Origin: a bacterium
GTDB lineage: Bacteria > SAR324 > NAC60-12
Length of the DNA: 64,000 nt
Assembly: GCA_965233585.1 (NCBI GenBank)
Contig: CBDDTI010000745.1
Location: 1 to 64,000 of the forward strand
Direction of reading: 5' to 3'
This document shows, one piece after another, positions 40,256-51,378 of this stretch. A program made the position numbers and the translations under genes. How positions within the stretch are numbered: the stretch's first letter is position 1; each line of letters opens with the position of its first letter. The notes under the pieces were generated by a model. It saw nothing but the letters and a program-made list of their open reading frames with translations. It was not told the DNA's origin and did no database searches.

Positions 40256-40301
40256 TGGTTTTTTCTCTTAACTTCTTCATTTTCAATTCCCCTCCACTGA
40301 A

Positions 40302-41071
40302 GGGCAGTGTTCACTCGGTATTGCATTGTGAGAGTGAATTTGAGGAGTGGAGATGAGAAGTTGTCATCATTGTGCAAGTAAGAGTTATATAAAGAATGGT
40401 TGTTACAAAGGAGTACAGAGAGATGTTTGCCAATCTTGTGGGAGGTCATTCAGTTCAAATGGATTGAGGAGACCACTAGAGACGAAGCGTCAAGCTTTAG
40501 AAATGTCTGTCAATAGTGTAGGCATCAGAAAGATAGCTCGTTTTGTGCAGGTATCTCCAACTTCAGTTCTCAACTGGATCAAAAAAGCCAGAGTGTCTCA
40601 AGTCGCCAAAGGAGCAGCAAGTTTCAAAGAGCAAGTAGATAGTATAGAGATGGATGACATCTATACTTTTGTTCAAAAAAAAGCCAAAGAGTAGCCGTTT
40701 GGACAGCCTATTCTCGTCAAGAACAATGTGTGATTGCCTTTGTGGTAGGCAAAGGATTGGCAGCTGCCCAAAAGTTGTATGCACTAGTCAAAGAACAGCG
40801 ACCTAGAATGAAGACGATCTATACCGATGCCAACTCATGCCATCAAGTGGCATTTGCTCAATGACAAATTCCAGAGAACCACGAAATAGGCAAGAGAAAT
40901 ACTCATCTCATTGAATCTTCTAATTCTTCCATCAGAGATAACCTAGCTCGCTTGATGAGAAAATCTAAACGACATTCTAAAACTTTTGACATGCTGAATC
41001 ACACTCTCCAACTCTTCTTTGACTATAAAAGGTTTCAAAAACATGATACCAATACCAAGTGAACACTGCCC
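40302..41071 (+). mobile_element. second, distinct IS1-family element, inactivated (in-frame TGA in insB at 40862)
   Basis: 22-bp TIR GGGCAGTGTTCACT(C/T)GGTATTG; insA-like 40347-40694; A-run frameshift; insB frame VWTAYSR..IYTDAN..*..THLIESSNSSIR. Confidence 0.85.
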
Positions 41072-41109
41072 AAAGGGACGGGGTGTTTCAATTCCCCTCT
41101 CTTTTTTCT

Positions 41110-41214
41110 GTCATTCCGTGCTTGAAACGGAATCCATCGTCAAACATCGCATGGATTCCTGCTTTCGCAGGAACGACGGCAGTAGAAAGATTGTGGGTCA
41201 AGGTGAGCAATGAC
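41110..41214. repeat. palindromic REP-like repeat cluster 2
   Basis: GTCATTCCGTGCTTGAAACGGAATCC, GGATTCCTGCTTTCGCAGGAAC and GGGTCAAGGTGAGCAATGAC. Confidence 0.8.
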
Positions 41215-41244
41215 GGGAAGTTTGCTTGTTCTGATTCATTTCAA

Positions 41245-43182
41245 TTAACTGACATATTTATCATAAAGTTGTTCTAATTGTTCTTGCAATTTGTCATGAA
41301 CATGATGAGTATGAGAGTTATTGTAAAAATCTTTTCTTAGTTTTTCAAAATCTTTTTCAGGTAAAAATTCACCATGATTAAGTAATCTTTCTAAACGAAA
41401 GTATAAATCTTCATAGTTTGTAGCAACTAGATATTCAGGATACTTTAAAGCATATTGATTGGTTGTCATTCCAAAAAAGTCGTAGATAAAAGTAGGTTTT
41501 CCATAACTCAAAAACTCATCAATTAAAGATGTATAAGCACCTATACAGTAATCAGAAATATAAATTAATTTTTCAGGTGTGATTTCTTCCAAATCCTTGA
41601 CAATTTCAATATTTGGTAAGTGAGTAATAATTTCTACAATATCTTCAAATAATGGATGAGTTAAAACTGATGAATCTTTTCCTTTAATTAAAAAATAATC
41701 ATTCTTAAAACAAAGTGATAGTTTAATAATATCTATGTATATTTTTTTAGATATCCTATATGTAGGACATGCTGTTTTCAATCTATTTTCCTCATCAGAA
41801 AGTGGAAGATTAATACTCAGGCAAGCAATGATGCTTCTATGTTTTTGCTTGATTGCTTGACACCATAAGTTTTCTTCTTGATCTTCGTGACAGAATTTCA
41901 CTGCATCATCTTTTATATTTCCAATGATTATAGATTTTTTTCTGACTAGATATGTGACCTTTCTATTTTGTAAAAAATTTAATACTTCTGGACCTGTCAC
42001 AAAGTGATAATCAACAGTAACATTACCAATAGGGTATGTACGATCTTGAACAGCAATAACAGTAATCTTTTTGAGATATAATGAAAAATATAAAGATGGA
42101 GGAAAGAGGGAATCATAACCTACCAAAGCAAGTTTAACAGATGTCAGTTTTTCTAATGCTGATAAATTGTAACATATAGCTCTAAAGTATTTAAAAAATA
42201 ATATGATTTCAGAAATAGAAAATGTGAAAGCATAGGCAAAACATTTTTTTCTATTTAATAAAAGAATTTTGATAAATTTTAATAATGAAGTAGTAACTCC
42301 TTCTGAATTTAGCTGATTTAAATCAGTATATTGTATCTCACAATGATTCTTTTTGTTAAAAGAGTCACATGTTTTTTTAAGAAACTCTTTATAGTTTTCT
42401 ATAGCAATATGCAAAATATTATTAGGATAGAAATGAGATTGATCATCTTGATTATAGTAAAAAAATTTATTGTACAAATGACCATATGAAATTCCTTTGT
42501 GAGGGAAGTATATTATTTTATAATGAGAGTATTCCTTGCTATTTTTTGGCAAACTTAAATGATCTCTTTTTTGATTTAAAATAACTTTTGATGAAGAAAA
42601 TTTTCTTACAAAAATTTTATTCAAAATAAAAAATATTACATACAATTTTTTAAAAAAATAAACTAAACCCGTACATATAAAATAAATATAATTGATAAAA
42701 TTAAGACTGTGTACAAAATATCTTTTTTGTACTAAATAGGTATATCTTTGATAAGGATAGAAGATAAAAGGATTTATCTTCTCAGTATCTTGCAGATAAT
42801 GAATAAATAAGGATATTTTACAAAAATCCTTAATCACATCCCATGTTATATCTAAAAAAGAGCTTCGCATGATTTTATTTTCTAAGTCTATTCTAAAAAA
42901 AGATGCGATAGATTTATAAATAAAATGTGTTGTAACATGGTGATCCATTAAATAAGTTATATAATGATGACCGTGTTGATTTAATCCTCCATAATGATAC
43001 CTCATTAAATCTGAATGAATGGGATAAAAGTTCTTAACTTTATCTAATATGAAGAAAGTAGATTTTAAAATGTGATAATAATAAATTTTATAACCACGTA
43101 GTGATAAATAAAGAATAAACCAAATGGATATCCAATCAGCTTGATAAAAAACAGCAACTCTTTGATTTTTCTTTTGTTTCAT
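41245..43182 (-). CDS. AT-rich putative polysaccharide-biosynthesis protein
   Basis: 645 aa, I/K/Y/F-rich; C-terminal GT-B-like IGAYTSLIDEFLSYGKP. Confidence 0.5.
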   Translation of the reverse strand: MKQKKNQRVAVFYQADWISIWFILYLSLRGYKIYYYHILKSTFFILDKVKNFYPIHSDLMRYHYGGLNQHGHHYITYLMDHHVTTHFIYKSIASFFRIDLENKIMRSSFLDITWDVIKDFCKISLFIHYLQDTEKINPFIFYPYQRYTYLVQKRYFVHSLNFINYIYFICTGLVYFFKKLYVIFFILNKIFVRKFSSSKVILNQKRDHLSLPKNSKEYSHYKIIYFPHKGISYGHLYNKFFYYNQDDQSHFYPNNILHIAIENYKEFLKKTCDSFNKKNHCEIQYTDLNQLNSEGVTTSLLKFIKILLLNRKKCFAYAFTFSISEIILFFKYFRAICYNLSALEKLTSVKLALVGYDSLFPPSLYFSLYLKKITVIAVQDRTYPIGNVTVDYHFVTGPEVLNFLQNRKVTYLVRKKSIIIGNIKDDAVKFCHEDQEENLWCQAIKQKHRSIIACLSINLPLSDEENRLKTACPTYRISKKIYIDIIKLSLCFKNDYFLIKGKDSSVLTHPLFEDIVEIITHLPNIEIVKDLEEITPEKLIYISDYCIGAYTSLIDEFLSYGKPTFIYDFFGMTTNQYALKYPEYLVATNYEDLYFRLERLLNHGEFLPEKDFEKLRKDFYNNSHTHHVHDKLQEQLEQLYDKYVS

Positions 43183-43704
43183 AAAAACTTCTATGATTTA
43201 AAAATAATTAAACTCCTCGCTTGCTTTGAGTATCAAAGCAAATAAAATAGTTGATATTTTTGAAATTATTCAAAATTGAAGAATTGACATGAGGGTTACT
43301 TTGTTAGGTATTCTAGGATGCAGGAACATGAGAAACTTTTATTAACAGAAGAAACATTCAATGTAGATAACCCTGACCCTAAACTTTTGGATTGATTTTA
43401 CTTTAGACGTGTAGAATGGACAAGGATCAATTAAAGTTGACGAAGGACACCGGCATATTGCATCATTAGAAGGATCATTTGGTAAAACCAAAACCATGCC
43501 CTGTCTATATTTGATACAGATTACAATCTTCAAAAAAAACTTATTTTCAAAAGCTGACCTGCTTGTTTCTTTGACTTTTCGCTCAAACCATTAAAAATAA
43601 TTAAAAAAGATGATTTTAAAAGTTGCATTTGTTTTTCAAGGTTTGCTAGAATTATAATCTTGTTTTTGTTCATTCTGATTAACCATTTATCAAAGGAGAT
43701 TTTT

Positions 43705-44935
43705 ATGTTAGAACAAATCAAATCCATTCAAGATTCTTTTGTCAGGGGGTGTTTTTTATGACAAATCAATCGTTTTCTTGACACTTCTGGTCTTGGCAGG
43801 TTGTGTGCCACCTGCTGAAGAAAGTGAGGAGGAAAACACTCAAAATCAAGCCATGTGCGAGGTTGCCTCTGACAATTCTATTACAACAGGTGAGGAACTG
43901 GTTGCCAATTTCACTTGCAAAGTCTCAACCATTTATCAAGGTAAGAAGTTAGACATCGCTTATGATGAAAGTTTGACTTCCTTGAAGCTGGTCGTGTCAA
44001 AAGGAGAAGAAACAGAAGAAACGGTTGGGCAAGGTGGAGAACTGGCTTACATTTTACCCAGACAAGAACAATTTCAAGCCAAGCTGAAGTTGACAGGAGT
44101 CACAGCAGGCACAGGGCAACTGCAATTCAAAATCTTGAGAGAAGAATCAAACTGGGATTTTACAGTGATACAAGGGGGACCAGAAGGATTGACGCTGGGC
44201 GCTGCAGTCACCTCAACTGCTTTTACTAAGATGCAAGACACAGCAGGCAAAGCCTACGGACGTTCCGTGATGAGACTAGACACTTCTCAAACCCTAGTTT
44301 CTAATGACGAGGCAGTTTGCGAAGATACTCCTTTGAATGCCTTGCTTGTCTCATCAGATGACTTTGTCACCTGTGAAAAAGTGTTTGTTCAAAAAGGCGT
44401 TAGAACCAGTCATCTTATCATTCCCAAACAAACTTGGGGCTTGAACAAAACTTACAAAGTGGCAGTCAAAACGGCTGGCGGTGCTTCTGCTTTCAATCGC
44501 TCTGGCAACCCTGTGTCCTTCACCACTAACAATGCCAATCACAACACTACCGCTCACATCACAGGCTTTGATGTTGGGCAAAGACCTAAAGTGTTGAGAA
44601 ATCACTTCCACTTAGAAAAAGATGGAGAGCTTTGGTATTACATCAACAAAGGAGACCTTGTGCCAAGGTATGACGCCAGTGAGTGTCGGACAATCAACTA
44701 CAAGGCGGCAGATGATACACAGTTCAAAAATCTTAATAGTGGTAATTCTGCTGATAGAGATTTTGCTCGAGCTGTTTTTGGAAATACAAGTCGTTTTTAC
44801 ATTGGCAGTTTTACCGGTGGTTTTAATGTTTTACGGAATCACAGTAACGGTGTAATAACAAGATTCAGTACAGGTACTATCGCTCCCTCAGACATCCATT
44901 ATTTCTGTTCTATGAAAATTCCAGAACGTGCTTAA
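43705..44935 (+). CDS. lipoprotein with C-terminal C-type-lectin-like domain; 5' end frameshifted or TTG start at 43739
   Basis: Lipobox LAGC; C-terminus G.LWYY...A.EC...FYIG...YFC; AGGAG+ATG at 43705 is out of frame by +1. Confidence 0.65.
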
Positions 44936-44963
44936 ACGTTTTCGTTTCTTTTTCCTTCCCCTT

Positions 44964-45254
44964 CGTCATTGCGGGCTTGACCCGCAATCTCAAACTTTCT
45001 CATTTTAAAAAAGGGGGCGTCCTGCTCCCTTTGTCTTCTTGCCTTTGTTTTCAAACACCATTCCGAGACTTCTACTTGGTCATTGCTCATCTTGACCCGC
45101 AATCTCAAGAGCGTTTGACGGGAGTTGTCATTCGGAGCGAAAGCAGGAATCCATGCTTGGTTTGGTGATAGATTCCGTGTCAAGCACGGAATGACTAGGG
45201 GAATCGTCATGCTCACGTTGTTCTTTAGTCATTGCGGTTTAAACCCGCAATCTC
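44964..45254. repeat. palindromic REP-like repeat cluster 3
   Basis: CGTCATTGCGGGCTTGACCCGCAATCTC, GTCATTCGGAGCGAAAGCAGGAATCC, GATTCCGTGTCAAGCACGGAATGAC and others. Confidence 0.85.
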
Positions 45255-45341
45255 AAACTTTCATCTTTCCAAAAGCCATATTTTCAAAAGGCACACCTGT
45301 TGCTAATGTTATTCTTATTTCTTTTTTTGGCTAGATAGACC

Positions 45342-45590
45342 ATGTGTAAGTCAGACAAAACATGTAAAGTGTTGCTGGAACTCCCCCAAATCACGTTGAA
45401 GCATCTGGACACTTTTGCCAAAGAGCAGGGCATGTCCCGTGCTGAATGTCTTCAATCACTCTTAGACTCACATCAGCAAAAAACTTCTTCACAAGCTGAT
45501 AGAACTTTACTTGATGACCTCAAAAAGGTGTATGATGGCATCAGACTCTTGAAACATTCCCAAACTCTCCTTGTCCCAAAAACAATATGA
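45342..45590 (+). CDS. ribbon-helix-helix (CopG-like) protein
   Basis: VLLELP...LDTFAKEQGMSRAE. Confidence 0.7.
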   Translation: MCKSDKTCKVLLELPQITLKHLDTFAKEQGMSRAECLQSLLDSHQQKTSSQADRTLLDDLKKVYDGIRLLKHSQTLLVPKTI

Positions 45591-46378
45591 CCCAAACCGC
45601 TTCAACAGACCTCCAACAACGGTATCAACTGGCAATAGAGCTTGGCAGGCAAGCAGGCGAGCTTGCCCTTGATTTATTTACCAGACGGGAGCAACTTCAA
45701 GTGGAAAAGAAAGGAAGGCAAGATTTTGTCTCTGAAGCAGACCGTGCGGTAGAGACCTTGATTCGCCAACAGATTGCCAACTCTTTTCCTGATGATGGCA
45801 TGCTTGGTGAGGAATTTGGCATCACAGAAGGCAAGCAAGGTCTTTGGGTCATTGACCCCATTGATGGCACCACCAATTTTTTAAGGGGTCTTGAACACTG
45901 GAGCGTCTCTATTGCTTATTGGGCAGACCACCAAATCCAAATTGGCGTTGTGAGTTCGCCTTGTTCTGAGAGCCTTTACCATGCTCAAAAGGGGCAAGGA
46001 GCATTTTGCAATCAAACCAAACTGCACGTTTTAGATGACATGTTGCATGAAGATATTTTGATAGGTGCAGGAAGTTTTCATAAGCATTTAGACGAGCTGA
46101 TGCCTTTTTTGAGGCAGTGCAAAAGTAACCTTCGCTGTTTTGGCTCTGCCGCCCTTGCGATTGCACAGACCGCACAAGGTGCCTTAGATGCCTACTACCA
46201 AAAAAGACTCAGAAGCTGGGACGCACTAGCAGGATTACTCATTGCCCGAGAAGCAGGAAGAAAAACCATCGGCTTTGACTCAACAGACTCACTCCAACAA
46301 AAAGAACTTGTGTTGGTCTGTGCAGAAAAACTTTTGCCTCCTTTTCAAGACTGGATTCAAGGGCAGAACATCTTATGA
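45587..46378 (+). CDS. inositol monophosphatase family protein
   Basis: DFVSEAD, GEE, WVIDPIDGTTNF, WDALAG. Confidence 0.92.
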   Translation: MTQTASTDLQQRYQLAIELGRQAGELALDLFTRREQLQVEKKGRQDFVSEADRAVETLIRQQIANSFPDDGMLGEEFGITEGKQGLWVIDPIDGTTNFLRGLEHWSVSIAYWADHQIQIGVVSSPCSESLYHAQKGQGAFCNQTKLHVLDDMLHEDILIGAGSFHKHLDELMPFLRQCKSNLRCFGSAALAIAQTAQGALDAYYQKRLRSWDALAGLLIAREAGRKTIGFDSTDSLQQKELVLVCAEKLLPPFQDWIQGQNIL

Positions 46379-49113
46379 AGTGGCTCACAACCTTTTTGCG
46401 TGTTGTCACTCTCATTTACCTCATTTTTGGATTCTCTCATAGTTTAGCAAATGAGCTGATTACCCGTCATTTTTTCAAACTCCCCGGAGACACTCCTCAA
46501 CAGGCAGACTTTAGCCTAGATGCCCAACATCTCATCACCCTATCGGGTCTTCACACCCTTGAAGTTCGTCAAACTTCAAACAGCGAAGTCCTTTTAAACA
46601 TTCCCACAGGAAGTCACCAAGCCTTGACATTTCTGCAACACCCATCACAGCCCCTTCTCATCACAGGCGGAGCAGACCAAACTATCAAAATATGGAGTAT
46701 GGACTCTGGGCAAGAGTTCACCACACTGCGGGGACATTTAGGCGCTGTGCAAGCACTGGACATCACTCCTGATGGAGAATTTTTAATTTCAGGCAGTGCC
46801 GATGGGACAATCATCGTCTGGAATCTTGAAAGGCTGAGCCCTCAATTTTCAATATCCCAAGCTCACCAACAACAAATTTCAACCCTTGCTCTCTCCCCTG
46901 ATGGAAAGTTGTTTGCCAGCGGAGGAGCTGATGATGCAGTCAGGCTTTGGAGACTAGAAAGAAAGGAATTGCTAGCTGAATTTTTGGAACATGAGAAGTC
47001 AGTCAATGAGGTGCAGTTTCACCCCAATGGACAGCTGATAGGAAGTGTGTCAGATGACGGAACTGTCAAACTTTGGGATTGGAGGAAGACACAATCTGAT
47101 GCCTCTTTCAATCCTCATCAAGAAGCTATGGCATCACTGCAATTTGACAGTTCTGGTCGTTTAATCTTGTTGGGATCAAAAAATGGAGTGATTAGCCTGT
47201 GGGATTTGAACGAACAACAAAGCGCTTTAACCCTCAATTTAGGCAATAGAGACATGCTCATGTCTCGTATGGATTCGCAAGGTTATTATGTCCTTGCACT
47301 CACCACCGTTGGCATCGTGCAAGTTTGGGAGTTAAGCCAATCTGTGGTGGCTGGTCAATTCCAACCGCATCAGAGAGATGTGTTAGCCATGGACTTTACG
47401 TCTAATGGACGTTACTTAATCACCTCTTCGCTAGACAGAAGCATTCGCTTTTGGAACGTCCAAGAACAAACAGAAGTCAGGTCTTATGAGCTGAACAATC
47501 TTGTTGCCTTTTCCGTGGCGATTGCACCAAATAACAGAACCTTTGCAACAGGCAATCAAGATGGAAGTGTCAGGCTGTGGGACACACAAGAAGGCAGGTC
47601 TTTGGCTTCACTCAAACGGCATAAATCACCAGTTATCTCCTTAGATTATCACCCCAGCGGCGAGGCAGTCGTTTCTGTTTCTAAAGACCATCGTTGGGTC
47701 GTCTGGGATTTAAAAAAGAAGTATCAAACCAAAGAGATTAAAGAGAAAAATCTGACCTTTGTCCGCTTTGACCCCAAAGGAGATGAATTTTTAATCGGCT
47801 ATGACAGTGGGGATTTACAAGTTTGGAGCTTTCCGCAAGGTGCTTTAAAGCAGGAGTTGAAATTGAGTCAGTCTGCCATCTCTTCTTTTCAATTCCACCC
47901 TAACGAACCTTTGCTTGCCATTGGAGACGTTGGGGGACAAATCCATTTAGTCCAAAAAAAAGAGTCCTACCAAAAAGTGTATTCCATCAGCGCCCATTAT
48001 CAAGCAGTGAGTGGTGTCTTTTTCACAGGAGATGAGCAATCTTTGATTTCTGTGTCTCAAGACAAATCTGCACGTGCTTGGAATTTTAGAAATGGAAATC
48101 TGATTCGTGGACTGCGTGATGAAGAGTCAACGATTATGCTTGGCACATCTCACAAAGACTTGATTGCTTTTGCCACATCCAAACCTGAAGTCACCTTGTT
48201 ACGTTATTCTGGCAATGCTCAAACCAGTTCCAGTACGCCTTTAAGTTCTTTGGGTAGTTCTTTGCCTGTTTTAGCCAACGAAGCACCATTGATTCCCTTG
48301 CAACAGGGTCAAGACGTTCGCAACTTACTGAATGCCGTTTTGGCTAAAAATCAAAATTGCTATGAGATTTCTAATCTTGAAGAACTCGTCTTTCAAGGAT
48401 TGTTAGACTATCCCAATGATTTGGGGTTGTATCATGGATTACTGCAGATTGCTCTTGTCAGGAACGACATGCAACTGCTTTTTTTAGCAGTGAAATTTGG
48501 ACAGCATGCCGACTTTGATGCAACGTTGTATGACTATTCGCAAGAAGTGGACATCAGACTGCAATTTGAAAAATGGCGTCATTTGTGGGACCAAAGCACC
48601 TCAAGGCGTGAAGACCGCTTTGAAACTTCTTTGATCAGTTGCTCTTCAAGCTCCATGCTTCAGCTAGATTCCCCCTTGACCTTGTTGGATTTACCGCATG
48701 AGTTTATTGAAAAAGTGATGACGACCCCACGCTTGATAGACTTTCAAGATTTTCAAGGTCTTTCAGGAGTAGAGTTTATCAACCGACTTTTTTCACAAAT
48801 AGAATCCAGTTTAAAACGTGAGGTCGGCTTCCCTAAATCCCGCGTGTCTCTCAATGCACAAATCAAAACACCTTCTGTCCCAACAGGGGTGCTATTCCTG
48901 AGCTTTCCCAAAACACAATTTTTTGGAAACCCCTTGAGTTTTGAATTTCAAATCCGTAACTCGCAAAATCAATGGCTCACCTACACTTCTGACCAAGATA
49001 AACAAAAACGGATTCTCCTGCCTGTTGACAACTACTATCTCAAACTCAATGGCAAACTGGTCAAAACGTTTCAAATCAAGCAAAATGAAGAACACATCAT
49101 CAGTGATGAATAG
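46375..49113 (+). CDS. secreted WD40-repeat protein
   Basis: Signal peptide; many GH..V...SG..D.TI..W repeats; unique C-terminal region. Confidence 0.9.
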   Translation: MKWLTTFLRVVTLIYLIFGFSHSLANELITRHFFKLPGDTPQQADFSLDAQHLITLSGLHTLEVRQTSNSEVLLNIPTGSHQALTFLQHPSQPLLITGGADQTIKIWSMDSGQEFTTLRGHLGAVQALDITPDGEFLISGSADGTIIVWNLERLSPQFSISQAHQQQISTLALSPDGKLFASGGADDAVRLWRLERKELLAEFLEHEKSVNEVQFHPNGQLIGSVSDDGTVKLWDWRKTQSDASFNPHQEAMASLQFDSSGRLILLGSKNGVISLWDLNEQQSALTLNLGNRDMLMSRMDSQGYYVLALTTVGIVQVWELSQSVVAGQFQPHQRDVLAMDFTSNGRYLITSSLDRSIRFWNVQEQTEVRSYELNNLVAFSVAIAPNNRTFATGNQDGSVRLWDTQEGRSLASLKRHKSPVISLDYHPSGEAVVSVSKDHRWVVWDLKKKYQTKEIKEKNLTFVRFDPKGDEFLIGYDSGDLQVWSFPQGALKQELKLSQSAISSFQFHPNEPLLAIGDVGGQIHLVQKKESYQKVYSISAHYQAVSGVFFTGDEQSLISVSQDKSARAWNFRNGNLIRGLRDEESTIMLGTSHKDLIAFATSKPEVTLLRYSGNAQTSSSTPLSSLGSSLPVLANEAPLIPLQQGQDVRNLLNAVLAKNQNCYEISNLEELVFQGLLDYPNDLGLYHGLLQIALVRNDMQLLFLAVKFGQHADFDATLYDYSQEVDIRLQFEKWRHLWDQSTSRREDRFETSLISCSSSSMLQLDSPLTLLDLPHEFIEKVMTTPRLIDFQDFQGLSGVEFINRLFSQIESSLKREVGFPKSRVSLNAQIKTPSVPTGVLFLSFPKTQFFGNPLSFEFQIRNSQNQWLTYTSDQDKQKRILLPVDNYYLKLNGKLVKTFQIKQNEEHIISDE

Positions 49114-49148
49114 TCGTCAAGCAAAGTAGCTTTCAAAACACTCCTTTA

Positions 49149-49309
49149 GTCATGGCTGACCTTGTCCGCAATCTCTTCTTTTTTCCCAAACGACTTTTGT
49201 TTTTTGAGATTCCGTGTCAAGTGCTGAATCTATCTTAAACCAAGCACAGATTCCTGCTTTCGCAGGAATAACGGCAGTATAGAGGTTAGGGAGCAAGGTG
49301 AGCCATGAC
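49149..49309. repeat. palindromic REP-like repeat cluster 4
   Basis: GTCATGGCTGACCTTGTCCGCAATCTC, GATTCCTGCTTTCGCAGGAAT, AAGGTGAGCCATGAC. Confidence 0.75.
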
Positions 49310-49446
49310 GAAAGGCAAAATTTTCAAGTGGGAGGGGTTAAACTTACAAGAATAGTTGAAGTTTTTTTGCATTAGTGATATTGTTTACATTTTTTGTAAG
49401 ATCTTTTGGACAATTTATTGAAACACACTCACTCACAAAACTTGCT

Positions 49447-51378
49447 ATGACAGAACTATACACACCATCAAAAGAAACAAGGGAACGTGCCTATCTCAAT
49501 GCCCAAGACTATGAAAGGCTTTATGAGGAGTCTATCCACAATCCTGAACAATTTTGGAAGAAACAAGCAGAGCGATTAGACTGGTTCAAGATGCCTAGTC
49601 AGGTGACGAATTGCGACTACACCAAAGCACAAGTGGAATGGTTTGCAGATGGTCAGCTGAATGTGTCTTACAACTGCTTAGATCGGCATCTTGCCAAGAG
49701 GGGAAATCAAGCGGCTTTGATTTGGGAGGGGGACACACCGCATGAATCCTTCACTTACACTTACCGTCAGTTGCACCGTGAAGTCTGCCGTTTTGCCAAC
49801 GTTCTCAAACGTTTCAAAGTGGGTAAAGGCGACCGTGTTGTGCTGTATATGCCTATGATTCCAGAACTTGCCATTGCCTGTTTGGCGTGTACTCGCATTG
49901 GTGCAATTCATTCTGTGGTTTTTGGGGGCTTTAGTGCAGAGTCTTTAAGGAATCGTATTTTAGATTGTCAGCCTAAATTGGTGATTACAGCAGATGGAGG
50001 CTTTCGTGGTGGTGGAACAATTCCACTCAAAGACTGGTGTGATGAAGCGTTGAAAAACTTGACTGACATCACCGTGATTGTTGTGAAGAGAACAAACCAA
50101 TCGGTTCAGATTGACCCTGCACGTGACCACTGGTGGCATACAGAAATTCAATCACCTGCCATCTCTAATCAATGTCCCCCTGAAGTGATGAATGCGGAAG
50201 ACCCCTTGTTCATTCTTTATACATCAGGTTCAACAGGCACTCCTAAAGGAGTCTTGCATACCACAGGAGGCTATTTGCTGTACACCAGTCTTACGCATCA
50301 CTACGTTTTCAATTATGAAGAAGGAGACACTTATTGGTGTACAGCAGACATTGGTTGGATTACAGGGCATTCTTACGTGTTGTATGGACCGCTTGCCAAT
50401 GGTGCAACGACTTTGATGTTTGAAGGCGTGCCTCAATATCCCAAATGGGATCGTTTTTGGAAGGTGGTAGAAAAGCACAACGTCAACATCTTCTACACGG
50501 CACCTACTGCGATACGTGCCATTGCCAGACATGGCGATGAACTGGTCAACAACTGCAACCTGACTTCATTGAAAATCTTGGGGACTGTCGGAGAACCGAT
50601 TAATCCAGAAATTTGGCGTTGGTATTATCAGATTGTGGGTCAAGGAAACTTGCCGATTGTAGATACTTGGTGGCAAACCGAAACAGGTGGATTTATGATT
50701 ACTCCGCTACCTGGTGCCATTCCTACCAAGCCCGGGTCTGCCACGAAGCCTTTCTTTGGCGTCCAACCTGTTGTCTTAGACCACGAAGGCAAAGAAATAG
50801 AAGGCGTTGCAGAGGGGAATTTGTGCATTAAGCAGTCTTGGCCCGGGCAGATGCGTACCGTTTATGGAGACCATCAACGATTTTACGACACCTACTTTAG
50901 CCAGTTTGCAGGATATTATTTTACTGGAGATGGTTGCAGAAGAGATGAAGATGGTTACTATTGGATTACAGGACGTGTAGATGATGTTCTCAATGTGTCA
51001 GGGCATCGTTTGGGGACTGCTGAAATTGAGTCTGCCATCATCTTACATCAAGACGTTGCAGAGGCAGCAGTCATCGGTGTTGCCCATGAAATCAAAGGTC
51101 AGGGAATTTATGCCTTTGTAACGCTCAATGCGGATGCCGAACCTAGCGAAAGTTTAAAGTCAGAGATCGTTGCCAAAGTGCGTCAAGAGATTGGTCCCAT
51201 TGCCACACTTGATGCCATTCAATGGGCGCCAGGACTGCCAAAGACACGAAGCGGAAAAATCATGAGGCGGATTTTACGAAAAATTGCAAACCACGAAGAA
51301 GCAAGCATTGGCGATACTTCTACCCTTGCAGAACCAGACATCATTGAGCAATTACTGGCAGAGCGGGTCAATTTGTAA
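49447..51378 (+). CDS. acs: acetyl-CoA synthetase
   Basis: [50 protein letters not shown]. Confidence 0.97.
   Translation: MTELYTPSKETRERAYLNAQDYERLYEESIHNPEQFWKKQAERLDWFKMPSQVTNCDYTKAQVEWFADGQLNVSYNCLDRHLAKRGNQAALIWEGDTPHESFTYTYRQLHREVCRFANVLKRFKVGKGDRVVLYMPMIPELAIACLACTRIGAIHSVVFGGFSAESLRNRILDCQPKLVITADGGFRGGGTIPLKDWCDEALKNLTDITVIVVKRTNQSVQIDPARDHWWHTEIQSPAISNQCPPEVMNAEDPLFILYTSGSTGTPKGVLHTTGGYLLYTSLTHHYVFNYEEGDTYWCTADIGWITGHSYVLYGPLANGATTLMFEGVPQYPKWDRFWKVVEKHNVNIFYTAPTAIRAIARHGDELVNNCNLTSLKILGTVGEPINPEIWRWYYQIVGQGNLPIVDTWWQTETGGFMITPLPGAIPTKPGSATKPFFGVQPVVLDHEGKEIEGVAEGNLCIKQSWPGQMRTVYGDHQRFYDTYFSQFAGYYFTGDGCRRDEDGYYWITGRVDDVLNVSGHRLGTAEIESAIILHQDVAEAAVIGVAHEIKGQGIYAFVTLNADAEPSESLKSEIVAKVRQEIGPIATLDAIQWAPGLPKTRSGKIMRRILRKIANHEEASIGDTSTLAEPDIIEQLLAERVNL

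Noticed and set aside
40862..40864. In-frame TGA as recoding or alternative genetic code
   Set aside because: TGA terminates conserved genes here (pth, tal, aroQ, cobB), so a nonsense mutation is the simpler explanation.
40281..41099. 14-bp direct repeat TTTCAATTCCCCTC as TSD of the second IS
   Set aside because: Both copies are offset from the TIRs, so it is not a target duplication.
44932..45334. Short ORFs here and at 41019-41277 and 61541-61807
   Set aside because: They are translations of the palindromic repeats.
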